64,000 bases of DNA from Candidatus Methanomethylophilaceae archaeon (GCA_050950505.1 JBMNHS010000001.1:576001-640000), one strand, 5' to 3'; counted from the stretch's first letter, positions 19,725-30,372 are shown. Translations and numbers: made by a program. The notes: generated by a model from the letters alone, not told the origin.

Positions 19725-20263
19725 TTCAAATGGAAAAGATATCAAACGCTTTGGCCGAATGCGGCGCACTGAGATTCGGGGATTTCACGTTGGCCTCCGG
19801 CGCAAAAAGTTCGTATTACATAGACATCAAGAAAGCCAGCACAAACCCGGCAGTTCTGAAACTCATCGGAAAGATGATGGCCGGGAAAGTGTCCGAACTC
19901 AATGAAAAGCCGGACCGAATCGCAGGGGTGGTTCTCGGATCAATTCCTTTGGCCACCGCGGTTTCTTTGGAAACCGGAATTCCCTTCATCATGGTGCGAA
20001 AGGAAAAGAAAGATCACGGCACCGGGAAACTGATCGAAGGCGACTTGGAAGAAAACGACAAGGTCCTGGTCGTCGAAGACGTCATCACTACCGCAGGTTC
20101 CGCCGTATCGGCAATCAAACTTATCCGGGAAGCCGGCGGAACCGTCACCGATTTGTTTTCCGTCATAGACCGTCAGAGCGGAGGCGGAGACAACCTTTCG
20201 TCGATAAATGTGAAACTTCATTCCCTCGTAACCGCCGACAAGCTGTTGGAGGGCCGTGAGTGA
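19721..20263 (+). CDS. pyrE: Orotate phosphoribosyltransferase
   Basis: FTLASGAKS.YYID, RKE.KDHG, VVEDVITTAGS. Confidence 0.95.
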   Translation: MIQMEKISNALAECGALRFGDFTLASGAKSSYYIDIKKASTNPAVLKLIGKMMAGKVSELNEKPDRIAGVVLGSIPLATAVSLETGIPFIMVRKEKKDHGTGKLIEGDLEENDKVLVVEDVITTAGSAVSAIKLIREAGGTVTDLFSVIDRQSGGGDNLSSINVKLHSLVTADKLLEGRE

Positions 20264-20799
20264 GACCTCCCGAAGACTGTGACCTTTGCCCGCTCAGCGA
20301 AGGCAGGACCAACATCGTAATGCCTCACGGCGACACGGGTTCGGGAATAGTCTTCGTGGGAGAAGCCCCTGGCGAGAAAGAAGATTTTCTGGGCATTCCC
20401 TTTGTGGGAAGGGCCGGGAAGATACTTGACGGGTACATGGAAGAAGAAGGTCTTCAACGTTCGAAGGTCGTGATAACGAACACCGTGAAATGCCGCCCTC
20501 CGGGCAACAGGGATCCCACCGAAGAGGAAATGAAAGCCTGCAGGAGATTCTTGGACTCCGAACTGTCCCGGGCGCGCCTTGTCATAGGGCTGGGAAAATC
20601 CGCCTGCAAAAATCTTCTGGGATATGAGGGAAAAATGGCCGACATCGTGAACAAAAGGACGGTAATAACCGTGAACGGAAAAGAGATACCCTTCATTCCC
20701 ACTTATCATCCGTCCGCCTGCATTTACAACAAAAACGCACGGACGGTGCTGAAAGAAACCATACGGACCGTGAGGGAAGAACTTGAAACTCTGGAATGA
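20260..20799 (+). CDS. Family-4 uracil-DNA glycosylase
   Basis: CxxC, VGEAPG, PFVGRAG, KCRPP.NR.P, TYHPS. Confidence 0.92.
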   Translation: MRPPEDCDLCPLSEGRTNIVMPHGDTGSGIVFVGEAPGEKEDFLGIPFVGRAGKILDGYMEEEGLQRSKVVITNTVKCRPPGNRDPTEEEMKACRRFLDSELSRARLVIGLGKSACKNLLGYEGKMADIVNKRTVITVNGKEIPFIPTYHPSACIYNKNARTVLKETIRTVREELETLE

Positions 20800-21583
20800 T
20801 GTGTCGGGAGTTCTTCTGGACATGGACGGAACGGTGTATCTGGGAGACAACCCCATAGACGGAGCCGCCGAGTTCATCCGGCGTCTGAAGGATGCGGACA
20901 TCCCTTATGCGTTCATAACGAACAATTCGTCAAACACCCGGAATTACTATTACCAAAGACTGAAAAGAATGGGATTCCCGGCAACCGAAGATTCGGTCAT
21001 AACTTCTGCCGTTGCCGCCGCCGAGTTCATAAAAACCGAACGTGAAAATTCCAAAACATACGTTTTGGCATCTCCGGAAGTGGAAAAGGAACTGATTTCT
21101 TTGGGAGTGGACGTCACCGATGAAAATCCCGATATCGTGCTCCTTACTTTTGACCGGACGATGACTTACGGGAAGCTGAACGACGCGTACCGCATGATTT
21201 CGGACGGGGCGGAATTCATCGCAACCCATCCCGATATGTTCTGTCCGACCGAAGACGGATATGACGTGGACATAGGTCCGTTCATAACGTTGTTGGAATC
21301 GCTGACGGGAACAAAAGCGAAAATAATCGGTAAGCCGGAGCCGCTGATGCTTGAAATGGCATCCCGTTTCCTTAAAATAAATCCGAACAAAGCAGTCATG
21401 ATCGGAGACCGGTTGTACACCGACATAAAAATGGCCGAAGACGCGAACATACGCTCTGTTCTGGTACTGTCCGGAGAGACGTCAAGGGATCAGCTGAACG
21501 GTTCGGATACAAGGTCTACGGCAGTGGCGGATTCCGTTGCCGATATCATGATTCCCGACAAACGGACCTCTGGCCTTTATTAA
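20783..21583 (+). CDS. HAD-IIA (NagD-like) phosphatase
   Basis: DMDGT, TNNS, GKP, GDRLYTD; TTG start. Confidence 0.9.
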   Translation: MKLWNDVSGVLLDMDGTVYLGDNPIDGAAEFIRRLKDADIPYAFITNNSSNTRNYYYQRLKRMGFPATEDSVITSAVAAAEFIKTERENSKTYVLASPEVEKELISLGVDVTDENPDIVLLTFDRTMTYGKLNDAYRMISDGAEFIATHPDMFCPTEDGYDVDIGPFITLLESLTGTKAKIIGKPEPLMLEMASRFLKINPNKAVMIGDRLYTDIKMAEDANIRSVLVLSGETSRDQLNGSDTRSTAVADSVADIMIPDKRTSGLY

Positions 21584-21689
21584 CGGCATAAACGCGTTTA
21601 AATACCACTGAGTCACTTTATTACTGTTCTGCATAAGAACAAGAAGGGATTCAACAGACACCAGTGTCGAAGTTCCGGGATGGGATGGA

Positions 21690-24600
21690 GTGTACTTAAA
21701 GCAAGTTGAAATGGAAAATTTCAAGTCCTTCGGAGGGCGGTTGACCGTACCTTTGATGGAAGGCTATACTGCGATTACAGGACCGAACGGTTCCGGGAAA
21801 TCCAACATAACAGACGCGATTCTTTTTGTTCTCGGCCCCCGCAGTTCCAAAGCGGTGAGGGCAGGCAGACTTACGGATCTTATTTTCGACGGCGGACGTT
21901 CCAAAAACAAAGCCTCCCACATGACCGTTACCCTTGTTTTCGACAACAAGGACCGGCTGATGCCTTGGGATGACGACATCGTGCGACTGACCCGCGTGGT
22001 CAGATACAACGACGCCCGTACGGATTACTATTCTTACTTTTACATCAACGACCGCAAAGCGACCATGACCGATTTCGACAATCTGCTGACCAAAGCGAGG
22101 ATAAGTGCCGACGGTTACAACCTTGTTCAGCAGGGAGACGTTACGAGGATAGTCTCCATGGGTGTTTTGGACCGAAGACGGATCATAGACGGAATATCCG
22201 GAATCGCCAGTTATGACGCGGACATAGACCGGGCCGCAGGCGAGAAAGAGGAAGCGGAAACGAACCTTGACAGAATAAACATAGTCATGGGGGAGTTGGA
22301 ACTTCAGCTGAAACAACTGGAAAAGGACAGGGAAGACGCCAAAAAATATCTCGAAGCACAGAAAGGTTTGGAGATGTCCAAAGTTCAGCTTCTTCACAGA
22401 CATCTTCAGATCAACAGATCCAATCTGGAAAGTTACAACAATCAGATTCAGAAACTCAGAACGGAAATCCAAGAGCTCAGAGAAAGAAAAGAGTCGGTGA
22501 TTCTGAGATATGAGGAAAACGAATCCGCGATCAAAGCGAAAGAGGCCGAAATAACAGAAAAAGTCGGTCCTGCCTATGCCGAACTGAAGAGAGACATCGA
22601 GGAAGCCAAAATCGGCAGGGCGACCTGCATGGACCGCATATCTTCCGCCGAGGAGGACAACGACGGTCAGAGGCTGCACATCGAACAGCTCGAGGAACGC
22701 ATAAAAGAGAACGAAAATACGATAACGGACACGAACACGCTTCTGTCCGAAGTCACCATCCATCTCGACAAAGCCGAGGAAGAACTGACTTCTCTGAAGA
22801 ATGAAGAGAAAGGAATCAACGACAGACTGTCCGAATCCGGAGGCGAACACGCCGACCTTCAGGAAACACTGAACGGCCTGGAAGAGAAGATAGAGAACAA
22901 AAACAACGAAGTGAACGAGGCCAGCGTCAAAGCCACCACTTCAAAGACCAGGGCGGAGGACGGAGCGGTGGCCCTTGCCGGTCTGGAAGAAGAAATCAAA
23001 TCAATTTCCTTCGAAATCGGAGATGCCAAATGGAGTCTCGGTCAGGCGGAGGAAGAAGCCGGACCTTCCGTTCAGGAATATTCCGACAGAATTCTGAAAG
23101 CGAAAGGCCGGGAACAGGAACTGGAAAAACAGGAAAGGGAACTGAACGAAGCAATCCGCAGGCTTGAAACCAGATACGGGGAACTGTCCGCGGAAAAGAA
23201 AGCTTCCGAAAGATACAATCAGGGCGATGCCGCCATATCCGCCATCATGGCCCTCAGGGACCGGAGGGCGATGGACGGCATTCACGGAACGGTTCAGGAA
23301 CTGGCTTCCGTGGATCCGGAATACGAAACGGCAGTATCCGTTGCCGCCGGCGGAAAAATGCGTGCCGTGGTCGTGGAAAACGACCAAGTGGCCGCGGAAG
23401 CCATCGGCTTCCTGAAAAAGAACAACCTCGGCAGAGTCACGTTCCTGCCCCTCACGAAGATGATGGGCGGAAGGCCGAGAGCAAAAGCGATCATGGCCGC
23501 GGACTCCTCGGAAGGATACGCAATAGATCTTCTCAGATTCGATCCGATGTATCAGAACGTGTTCTGGTACGTGATGGGCGACACTCTGGTAATGAAAAAC
23601 CTGGATACCGCACGTTCCTTAATGGGCGGAGTCAGAATGGTCACCAAACAGGGGGAACTCATAGAGGCCTCGGGTGCTATGGTGGGCGGCACAATCAAAC
23701 AGAACGCTTTGCTGAAGTTCGGCTCGGCTTCCGAATCCGAGTTGGAGGAAGTGGGGACAAAGTTGGGGGAAGCCAACGACGCCATGGCCAAACTCAGACA
23801 GACTCTCGAAGAAATCCGTTCGGAAATCCGCAAACTTGACAATTTGATGCGCGAAGCCGCCACGCAGGGCGTGGAGCAGCAATCCGCGGTCGGTGTGCTG
23901 AAAGCCCGCATAGCCGAGCTTCAAAAGAACAAAGCGGCCAAGGACGAAGAGCTCAGGGAAAAGAAGAAAGAGTGCGATGCCCGGGATGCCGAAGCGAAGG
24001 AAGCGGAAGAGAGAAAGACCGAATTGCTGAACGAATTGGAAAAACTCAGGGAAGACCGGGAAGAAGCGAGGGCCCGTCTTAAAGAGATTGCCCCTTCGGA
24101 CCTGTATGCCGTGCTTCAGAAAATCAGAAACAGACAGTCGGAACTCAATGTTCAAGTCACCAAATGTTCCAGTGAAAAATCCACTTATACGGCCGAGATA
24201 AAGGGTCTGGCAAACCAAACCGAATCTTACAGGGAACAGATTTCCGCTACCGAAAAGAAGATTTCCGAAAACGACCGGCGCATAAAGGAACATGAAGAGC
24301 TCAAGAGCGAGGCCGAAGTGAAACTCGGAGCCCTTCGTTCCATGGAAGAGGAAATGGAGAGCGGAATCTCCGAACTCAGAGACGAGAAAGACGCCCTGGT
24401 GGAAAAGAGATATTCCCTTGAAGGGGAAAAAAACACCATACAGAACGACATGGAACTCAAAGGAGGCCTGGAATCCTCCGCCAATGCTTCCGTGATTTCA
24501 CTCAATGGGGAAATTGAAGCTCTGGAAAAAGAAATTTCGGAATCCCGCATGGAAGTCGAAATGCCCATACCTTCCGAGGAAGAGATAAAACGGGCGATCC

Positions 24601-25277
24601 GTTCCTACGAAGGAATCATGTCCAGAATCGGCAACGTGAATCTGCGTGCCATTGAGGACTACGAAGAAATAAAAGAAAGATACGACGAACTCACCGAGGA
24701 AGTCGGAACCTTGGAAGAGTCCATAAAAGAACTTGACGAACTCACCGAAACCCTGAACGGCCAGAAGAAAGGTCTGTTCATGGAATCTTACGAAGCCATA
24801 GGGGACAATTTCAGAAGGATATATGCTCAGTTGTCCGGGGGCGGAGAGGCCTTCATAGATCTCGAAGACGAAGAGAACCCGTTCAACGGGGGCCTTTTGA
24901 TAAACGCCAAACCGAAGAACGGAAAACTTCTGAGACTCGAAGCGCTGTCCGGCGGGGAGAAATCGCTTACGGCGTTGGCTTTCATATTCGCCATTCAGGA
25001 ACATCAACCGTCCCCCTTCTATGTATTGGACGAAGTGGACATGTTCCTGGACGCGGTGAATGCGGAGATGGTCGCCAAGAGAATCGTGGAAAGCTCCGCA
25101 AAGGCGCAGTTCATACAGGTTTCGCTGAGAAAGGTAACCCTGGCTTTGGCGGATCACCTTATAGGAGTCACAAGACCGCCGTCGGGAATAAGCAAAGTTA
25201 TAATGCAACCCGATTTCGCGGAAGTTTCGAAATTGGAAGAAGAAGTGTTGAAGATACAGGATGCAGCAGAGGGATAA
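21690..25277 (+). CDS. smc: Chromosome segregation protein SMC
   Basis: NFKSF, Walker A GPNGSGKS, coiled coils, hinge GRVTFLPL, LSGGEKS, LDEVD. Confidence 0.97.
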   Translation: MYLKQVEMENFKSFGGRLTVPLMEGYTAITGPNGSGKSNITDAILFVLGPRSSKAVRAGRLTDLIFDGGRSKNKASHMTVTLVFDNKDRLMPWDDDIVRLTRVVRYNDARTDYYSYFYINDRKATMTDFDNLLTKARISADGYNLVQQGDVTRIVSMGVLDRRRIIDGISGIASYDADIDRAAGEKEEAETNLDRINIVMGELELQLKQLEKDREDAKKYLEAQKGLEMSKVQLLHRHLQINRSNLESYNNQIQKLRTEIQELRERKESVILRYEENESAIKAKEAEITEKVGPAYAELKRDIEEAKIGRATCMDRISSAEEDNDGQRLHIEQLEERIKENENTITDTNTLLSEVTIHLDKAEEELTSLKNEEKGINDRLSESGGEHADLQETLNGLEEKIENKNNEVNEASVKATTSKTRAEDGAVALAGLEEEIKSISFEIGDAKWSLGQAEEEAGPSVQEYSDRILKAKGREQELEKQERELNEAIRRLETRYGELSAEKKASERYNQGDAAISAIMALRDRRAMDGIHGTVQELASVDPEYETAVSVAAGGKMRAVVVENDQVAAEAIGFLKKNNLGRVTFLPLTKMMGGRPRAKAIMAADSSEGYAIDLLRFDPMYQNVFWYVMGDTLVMKNLDTARSLMGGVRMVTKQGELIEASGAMVGGTIKQNALLKFGSASESELEEVGTKLGEANDAMAKLRQTLEEIRSEIRKLDNLMREAATQGVEQQSAVGVLKARIAELQKNKAAKDEELREKKKECDARDAEAKEAEERKTELLNELEKLREDREEARARLKEIAPSDLYAVLQKIRNRQSELNVQVTKCSSEKSTYTAEIKGLANQTESYREQISATEKKISENDRRIKEHEELKSEAEVKLGALRSMEEEMESGISELRDEKDALVEKRYSLEGEKNTIQNDMELKGGLESSANASVISLNGEIEALEKEISESRMEVEMPIPSEEEIKRAIRSYEGIMSRIGNVNLRAIEDYEEIKERYDELTEEVGTLEESIKELDELTETLNGQKKGLFMESYEAIGDNFRRIYAQLSGGGEAFIDLEDEENPFNGGLLINAKPKNGKLLRLEALSGGEKSLTALAFIFAIQEHQPSPFYVLDEVDMFLDAVNAEMVAKRIVESSAKAQFIQVSLRKVTLALADHLIGVTRPPSGISKVIMQPDFAEVSKLEEEVLKIQDAAEG

Positions 25278-25278
25278 T

Positions 25279-26130
25279 ATGGATGGGACCACAAGATATG
25301 AGGAAATCGAACAGCATCTGCTGTTCCACAAAGCTTTGACGGAAGACGTCGGAAACTTTGAAAGGATAAACGGATACATGAACATCCTCGCCCAGGCAGA
25401 AGGCGGGGAAAGGCTGGAAGATCCGGTGGACGAGTCCATACGGTCGGCGTTCAGCCTGGTGATCGAGAACGGAATCGACCCCTGGGAGATCGATCTGTCG
25501 GAATTCGTCAGAATATACACCGGCAAAGTCGCGGCCGACAGAGTCGACATGATCGTTGCCGGAAAGCTGATGCTGATGGCCTGGAAAATTCTCAGACTGC
25601 AATCGGATGCGACCCGCGGAAAGGTCGAACCCCGGGAGGAAGAGTTGGAAATTCCCGACGACTTCTTCTTTGAGGAGAACGAAGGTCTCTTCGTTCCCCA
25701 GGTTTCGTTCAGGGAAGCCTACGCCAGAGAGCCGGTGAGAAAAGTCACCATGTACGAACTCATCGACGCTTTCGAAGAGGCAAGGGACGAAATCGCAATC
25801 CAGAGGGAACGGGAACGGGTCCGCAGGGCCATACGGGAAAAGGAACCCAGAACCTTCGACAACAAGGCTCACGAAGAAGACGATGAAACCGTGGTTTTCT
25901 CCGTCTGGGAAAAGATAAGAAAATTGGGCACCGGCGAAATCTGCATCAACGAACTTTACGGAAAGGATCTGTTGCACAATCTCACGGTCTTCGTCTCCGT
26001 TCTCCACCTGGTCAGAGACGGATTCCTGGACATCAGACAGGAAGAGATGCCCCTTGGCGAAATATTCATCGAAATGCAGATAGACGCGGTTGACGCCCCT
26101 GCGGGCAGAGCGATGATAGAGGCGATATGA
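25279..26130 (+). CDS. scpA: Kleisin ScpA
   Basis: IDPWEIDL, VTMYELIDA, F...LHL...G..DIRQE; lies between smc and scpB. Confidence 0.88.
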   Translation: MDGTTRYEEIEQHLLFHKALTEDVGNFERINGYMNILAQAEGGERLEDPVDESIRSAFSLVIENGIDPWEIDLSEFVRIYTGKVAADRVDMIVAGKLMLMAWKILRLQSDATRGKVEPREEELEIPDDFFFEENEGLFVPQVSFREAYAREPVRKVTMYELIDAFEEARDEIAIQRERERVRRAIREKEPRTFDNKAHEEDDETVVFSVWEKIRKLGTGEICINELYGKDLLHNLTVFVSVLHLVRDGFLDIRQEEMPLGEIFIEMQIDAVDAPAGRAMIEAI

Positions 26131-26649
26131 TTGAACGTCAAAAGAGCTGTTGAGGCCGCTTTGTTTTCCAGCGCGGAAAACCTCAAACTGTCGGAAATCG
26201 CCGATAAAACGGGAATACCCGTGGACGAAGTCAGATATGCTCTTTTGGATTTGAGAAAAGAATACAACAACCGCGAATCGGCGATAACCATAGCGAAGTT
26301 CGGTTCCGAATACCGCATGATGCTCCGCACCGAGTATGCCGAATACGCCGGAATGTTCTCCAGGGCGGACATGAGCGGAGGTTTGATGAGAACACTGAGC
26401 ACGATAGCCTACAATCAGCCCGTTCTGCAGTCCGAACTCTTCAAATCCCTGGGATCGAGGGTGTACGATGACGTCAAGGATCTGATGGAACGGGGATTCG
26501 TCAACGGCAGGAAACAGGGCCAAACCCTGGAGCTCACCACCACGAGAAAGTTCAAAGAATATTTCGGAATTACCGGAACCGGCAAGGAAGCCATAACCGA
26601 GTGGATCAAAGAACAATCCAGAAACCTGCCGGGCGAAGAAACGGAGTGA
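26131..26649 (+). CDS. scpB: ScpB
   Basis: VEAALF, TLSTIAYNQP, TT..F..YFG. Confidence 0.9.
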   Translation: MNVKRAVEAALFSSAENLKLSEIADKTGIPVDEVRYALLDLRKEYNNRESAITIAKFGSEYRMMLRTEYAEYAGMFSRADMSGGLMRTLSTIAYNQPVLQSELFKSLGSRVYDDVKDLMERGFVNGRKQGQTLELTTTRKFKEYFGITGTGKEAITEWIKEQSRNLPGEETE

Positions 26650-26711
26650 CATCCGTACCGTTTCAAAGCGAATAGGTTAAATCGAAAGATGTGCTAAGAC
26701 CCAGGGATAAC

Positions 26712-26930
26712 ATGGTGTTACCATTGGATTTACTTGAAAAGTCCGTCAACAAGAAGTTGACCCTCAGGCTCAAAGACGGAAAAATCATTGAGGGAAAACT
26801 CACGTCTCTCGACATGTACATGAACATGGGGCTGGAAGACGTTTCCGTCAAAGAGGCCACCGGCGAAGAGAGAAGGATGAATTCAGTCATTCTCCGCGGA
26901 AGCAATGTCGTAAGCATATCACTTGAATGA
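26712..26930 (+). CDS. Sm-like archaeal protein (LSm)
   Basis: G.L...D.YMN..LED and ILRGSNV Sm1/Sm2 motifs. Confidence 0.92.
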   Translation: MVLPLDLLEKSVNKKLTLRLKDGKIIEGKLTSLDMYMNMGLEDVSVKEATGEERRMNSVILRGSNVVSISLE

Positions 26931-28303
26931 ATCAGGGTAAAGACATGACCGCTCCCAAAATGTTCGGAACCAACGGTATCCGGGGCATTGTCAATCAGGA
27001 ACTGACTTCCGAGATGTCCCTCCGGATGGGAAAGGCCATTGGCACGGTCATGAGAGGCACCGTGGCGGTCGCCACGGACACAAGATCGTCCGGTCACATG
27101 ATCCGCGCCGCACTGTCCGCGGGGCTGATGGCCGTCGGAACCGACGTAATCGTTCTTGGAACGGTTCCCACTCCCGCGCTGCAATATTACGTCAAAACCC
27201 ACGACAACGTGGCCGGCGGTGTGATGATTACGGCTTCCCACAACCCTCCGCCCTTCAACGGCATCAAATGTATTTCGGCGGACGGTACCGAAGCCAGCAA
27301 AGAAGAGGAACGGGAAATCGAAGAACTTTATGCCGCAGACATTCCCGTCTGCGGTTGGGACTGCGTCGGCACGATGGAACATGTCAGTGAAGCCGGCAAA
27401 GATTACGTGAACGCGGTTCTGTCCAACGTGGACACCGAAACAATACGGAAGGCTGACCTCACGGTTTGTCTGGACTGCGCCAACGGAGCGGCTTTTGAAA
27501 CCACGCCGTCCATTCTGAAGAGACTTCAAATCAAAACCGTAACTCTGAACTGCAACGCGCAGGGTGAATTTCCCGGACGTCCCAGCGAACCCACGGAAGA
27601 AAATCTTTCCGATCTTATCACTCTCATGAAAAACACCAACGCCTCCCTGGGAATTGCCCATGACGGAGATGCGGACCGTTGTGTGTTCATCACCGAGAAA
27701 GGAGAATTTGTAAGCGGCGATAAAAGTCTGGCATTGTTGGCGAAACTGGAAATTTCCAAAAACAAGGGAGGCAAAGTCGTCACTCCCGTCAGTTCGTCTT
27801 CGTTGGTTGAGGAAGTGGTGAAGGAATCCGGAGGAACCCTGGTTTACACCGCGGTGGGTTCACCGGTGGTCGCCAGAAAGATGAAGGAAACCGGAGCCGT
27901 GTTCGGCGGCGAAGAAAACGGCGGACTCATTTTCCCGGACATGCAGTACTGCAGGGACGGCGCGATGACCGTGGCCAAGATGCTCGAGTGCATCGCACGT
28001 TACGGACCTCTGTCCGAACAGGTCTCGGAACTTCCCGTGTATCACACCCAGAAAAGGAAACTCGACTGTCCGAACAATCTTAAAGAAAATCTTATCCAAT
28101 ACATGAAAGAAACCGTCACCGACGGAAACATCGATGATACCGACGGTCTGAAAATCATTTATGACGACGGTTGGGTGCTGGTGAGACCCTCCGGAACCGA
28201 ACCTATATTCAGAATCTATTCAGAATCGAAAAACGAAAAGGTTTCGGTGAGCCGGGCGGACGAGTACGAAGACACCGTGGCCGAATTCCTCGGCCGGCAG
28301 TGA
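26927..28303 (+). CDS. glmM: Phosphoglucosamine/phosphomannomutase
   Basis: FGTNGIRG, TASHNP, DGDADR, GEENGG, RPSGTEP. Confidence 0.88.
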   Translation: MNQGKDMTAPKMFGTNGIRGIVNQELTSEMSLRMGKAIGTVMRGTVAVATDTRSSGHMIRAALSAGLMAVGTDVIVLGTVPTPALQYYVKTHDNVAGGVMITASHNPPPFNGIKCISADGTEASKEEEREIEELYAADIPVCGWDCVGTMEHVSEAGKDYVNAVLSNVDTETIRKADLTVCLDCANGAAFETTPSILKRLQIKTVTLNCNAQGEFPGRPSEPTEENLSDLITLMKNTNASLGIAHDGDADRCVFITEKGEFVSGDKSLALLAKLEISKNKGGKVVTPVSSSSLVEEVVKESGGTLVYTAVGSPVVARKMKETGAVFGGEENGGLIFPDMQYCRDGAMTVAKMLECIARYGPLSEQVSELPVYHTQKRKLDCPNNLKENLIQYMKETVTDGNIDDTDGLKIIYDDGWVLVRPSGTEPIFRIYSESKNEKVSVSRADEYEDTVAEFLGRQ

Positions 28304-28305
28304 AT

Positions 28306-29163
28306 TCACCCGAGACTTTTGCCGTGGACGGCAATCGCTTCGTTCACCAGTCTTGACGCGAGTATCGAAGTTATGCCGGAAGGATCGTAGGGAGGACAGA
28401 CCTCCATGACGTCGAATCCGCACATCCGGTCCCCGGCCATGTTGATAATTTTCTTCACATCCATGGGGGTCAGTCCGAAAGGTTCCGGCGTGCCGGTTCC
28501 CGGGGCGTAAGCGGGATCGATGCCGTCGATATCCAGAGTAAGGTATATTTTCTCGTTTTTCACGGAATCCAGAACGGTTTTCATAATTTTTTCAATGCCG
28601 GTTTCCATTACTTCGTAGGAACTGAAGAAGGGCATGGGATGTTCGTGTTCCAGTTCTTCCGCCCCCATGGCTCTGGCGCCTATGACGTAAACATTGTCCA
28701 TCCCCACGTGTTCGGCGGCTCTCCTCATAATACAGGCATGACTATGGGGGGTTCCGAGATATTCGTCCCTGGAATCCAGATGGGCGTCTATGGATATGAC
28801 GGAGATGTCCTTCGGAAAGCTCGTTACAATCGGAGCGCTGACGGAATGTTCTCCGCCTATTGCAACAATGAATTTCCCGTCATTTATCGCAGGTTTCACC
28901 GTAAATCCGACTTCGGAAATCATATCTTCGGGCAAGAAGAAATCATCCACGTTCCCGTAGTCATGAATTTCGGGGAAATACTGATCGATCCCGTGTTCGA
29001 AGTGCATTTCCTCGAAATTGTAGGATGCTCTGCGTATGGCATCCGGACCCTCTCTGGCACCGGCTTTGAAACACGCGGTGTGATCGTACCTTGCTCCGAA
29101 AAGAAAAACTTCCGATCCGTCATATTCCGAATCGGCTCCGGCGTAAGAAAGTCCGTAAGACAT
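28306..29163 (-). CDS. speB: Agmatinase
   Basis: GGEHS, DAHLD, SHAC, DIDGIDPAYAPGTGTPEP. Confidence 0.92.
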   Translation of the reverse strand: MSYGLSYAGADSEYDGSEVFLFGARYDHTACFKAGAREGPDAIRRASYNFEEMHFEHGIDQYFPEIHDYGNVDDFFLPEDMISEVGFTVKPAINDGKFIVAIGGEHSVSAPIVTSFPKDISVISIDAHLDSRDEYLGTPHSHACIMRRAAEHVGMDNVYVIGARAMGAEELEHEHPMPFFSSYEVMETGIEKIMKTVLDSVKNEKIYLTLDIDGIDPAYAPGTGTPEPFGLTPMDVKKIINMAGDRMCGFDVMEVCPPYDPSGITSILASRLVNEAIAVHGKSLG

Positions 29164-29173
29164 CCGTATCGCC

Positions 29174-29551
29174 TTACATCAGTTTGTATCGGCCCATGGC
29201 AACAAGATACATTATCTCGTTACCCTCCTCAAGTTTACAGGTATGATCGTCATTTATCGGCAGGTTGAAAGTTTCAAAGGTTTCCAAGTCCATAATCTGA
29301 ACTTCCTCTCCCTGAAGGGTGATGATCTGAGCCTTTCTTTTGTCAATCATAGGCACTTGTATTTTTGAGTTGACGGGCCCGAAATAAGACTTTTTGGCGC
29401 CGGTAAAAATACTTGTGGCCTCTATGTTCGCTTTGGCCGATCCGTGTTTTCCGGGTTTGGACATGGTGATGCTTATGATTTTGCACGGTTCATCCTCGAT
29501 GTTCATGTACCGTCCTTCCTTCAATTCTCTGACTTCTTTAGTTTCCCACAT
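29174..29551 (-). CDS. eif5a: Translation factor aIF5A
   Basis: SKPGKHGSAK hypusination loop; GGAGG RBS upstream. Confidence 0.96.
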   Translation of the reverse strand: MWETKEVRELKEGRYMNIEDEPCKIISITMSKPGKHGSAKANIEATSIFTGAKKSYFGPVNSKIQVPMIDKRKAQIITLQGEEVQIMDLETFETFNLPINDDHTCKLEEGNEIMYLVAMGRYKLM

Positions 29552-29722
29552 TGAAATTCCTCCGTTTTGATCGATGGCCGACACGTCTCATACAACAGCA
29601 CGAAACACGGTTTTCATTCCATCGGCCGATTAATATTCCATTATGAGTGCGAATCCTCTTAATATACTTTTCAAACGTGTTACCTGAGTCAGATATTAAT
29701 CCTGCGGGAATATGTGGTCACA

Positions 29723-30277
29723 ATGAAGAAGATAGGGTACATGGGAATACCCCTTTCAAATTCGGAAAACGCGTCCGGATTGTTCGCCGAGAAGTTCAAC
29801 ATAAAAGCGGAGCACGTTCCGCTAATCAGTGCGGAAGGGGTCGTGAAAGCCTTGCTGACGGGAGAAATTGATTACGGCGTAGTGGCCACAAGAAACATCG
29901 GCGCAGGGGCCGTCGTTGAAACGGACGAGGCTTTGAAACTCGGAAATTTCCGTATGGTTGACGAAATCGGGATTTCCATCCATCACTGCCTGTTCGTCAA
30001 AAAAGAAAATGTGACCGTGGACGGGGTGGCCTCCCACATCCAGGCATTGGCTCAGACCGATAAGAACCTGAACATACTCTTTCCCGACGCCCGGAGAATC
30101 ATTACGGAAGACACTGCTTTGGCCGCCGAAATGCTTGCCGACGGTAGACTGTCCGAAAATACCGCGGTGGTCTGCGGAATGTCCGCGGGCCGGTACCACA
30201 ATCTGATTCTTTTGGAAAGCAACATAGAAGACATCAAGGAAAATATGACTTATTTCGCTTTGATAGAAACCTGTTGA
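29723..30277 (+). CDS. pheA: Prephenate dehydratase catalytic domain (no ACT domain)
   Basis: GYMG...S.SE.A, SHIQALAQ, TA.AA, NIED...N.TYF. Confidence 0.75.
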   Translation: MKKIGYMGIPLSNSENASGLFAEKFNIKAEHVPLISAEGVVKALLTGEIDYGVVATRNIGAGAVVETDEALKLGNFRMVDEIGISIHHCLFVKKENVTVDGVASHIQALAQTDKNLNILFPDARRIITEDTALAAEMLADGRLSENTAVVCGMSAGRYHNLILLESNIEDIKENMTYFALIETC

Positions 30278-30372
30278 CTGCGATAATATTTTTTAAAGGC
30301 AACCGTATGAACGGTGTGGACGGTACCGACATCATATCGGCACCGATATCCGAAACATAGGGATGTGTCAAC

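Noticed and set aside
25198-26652. Long antisense ORFs (this one, 21696-22850, 34153-35484, 59933-61261 and others)
   Set aside because: Shadow frames of well-supported genes with no recognisable motifs
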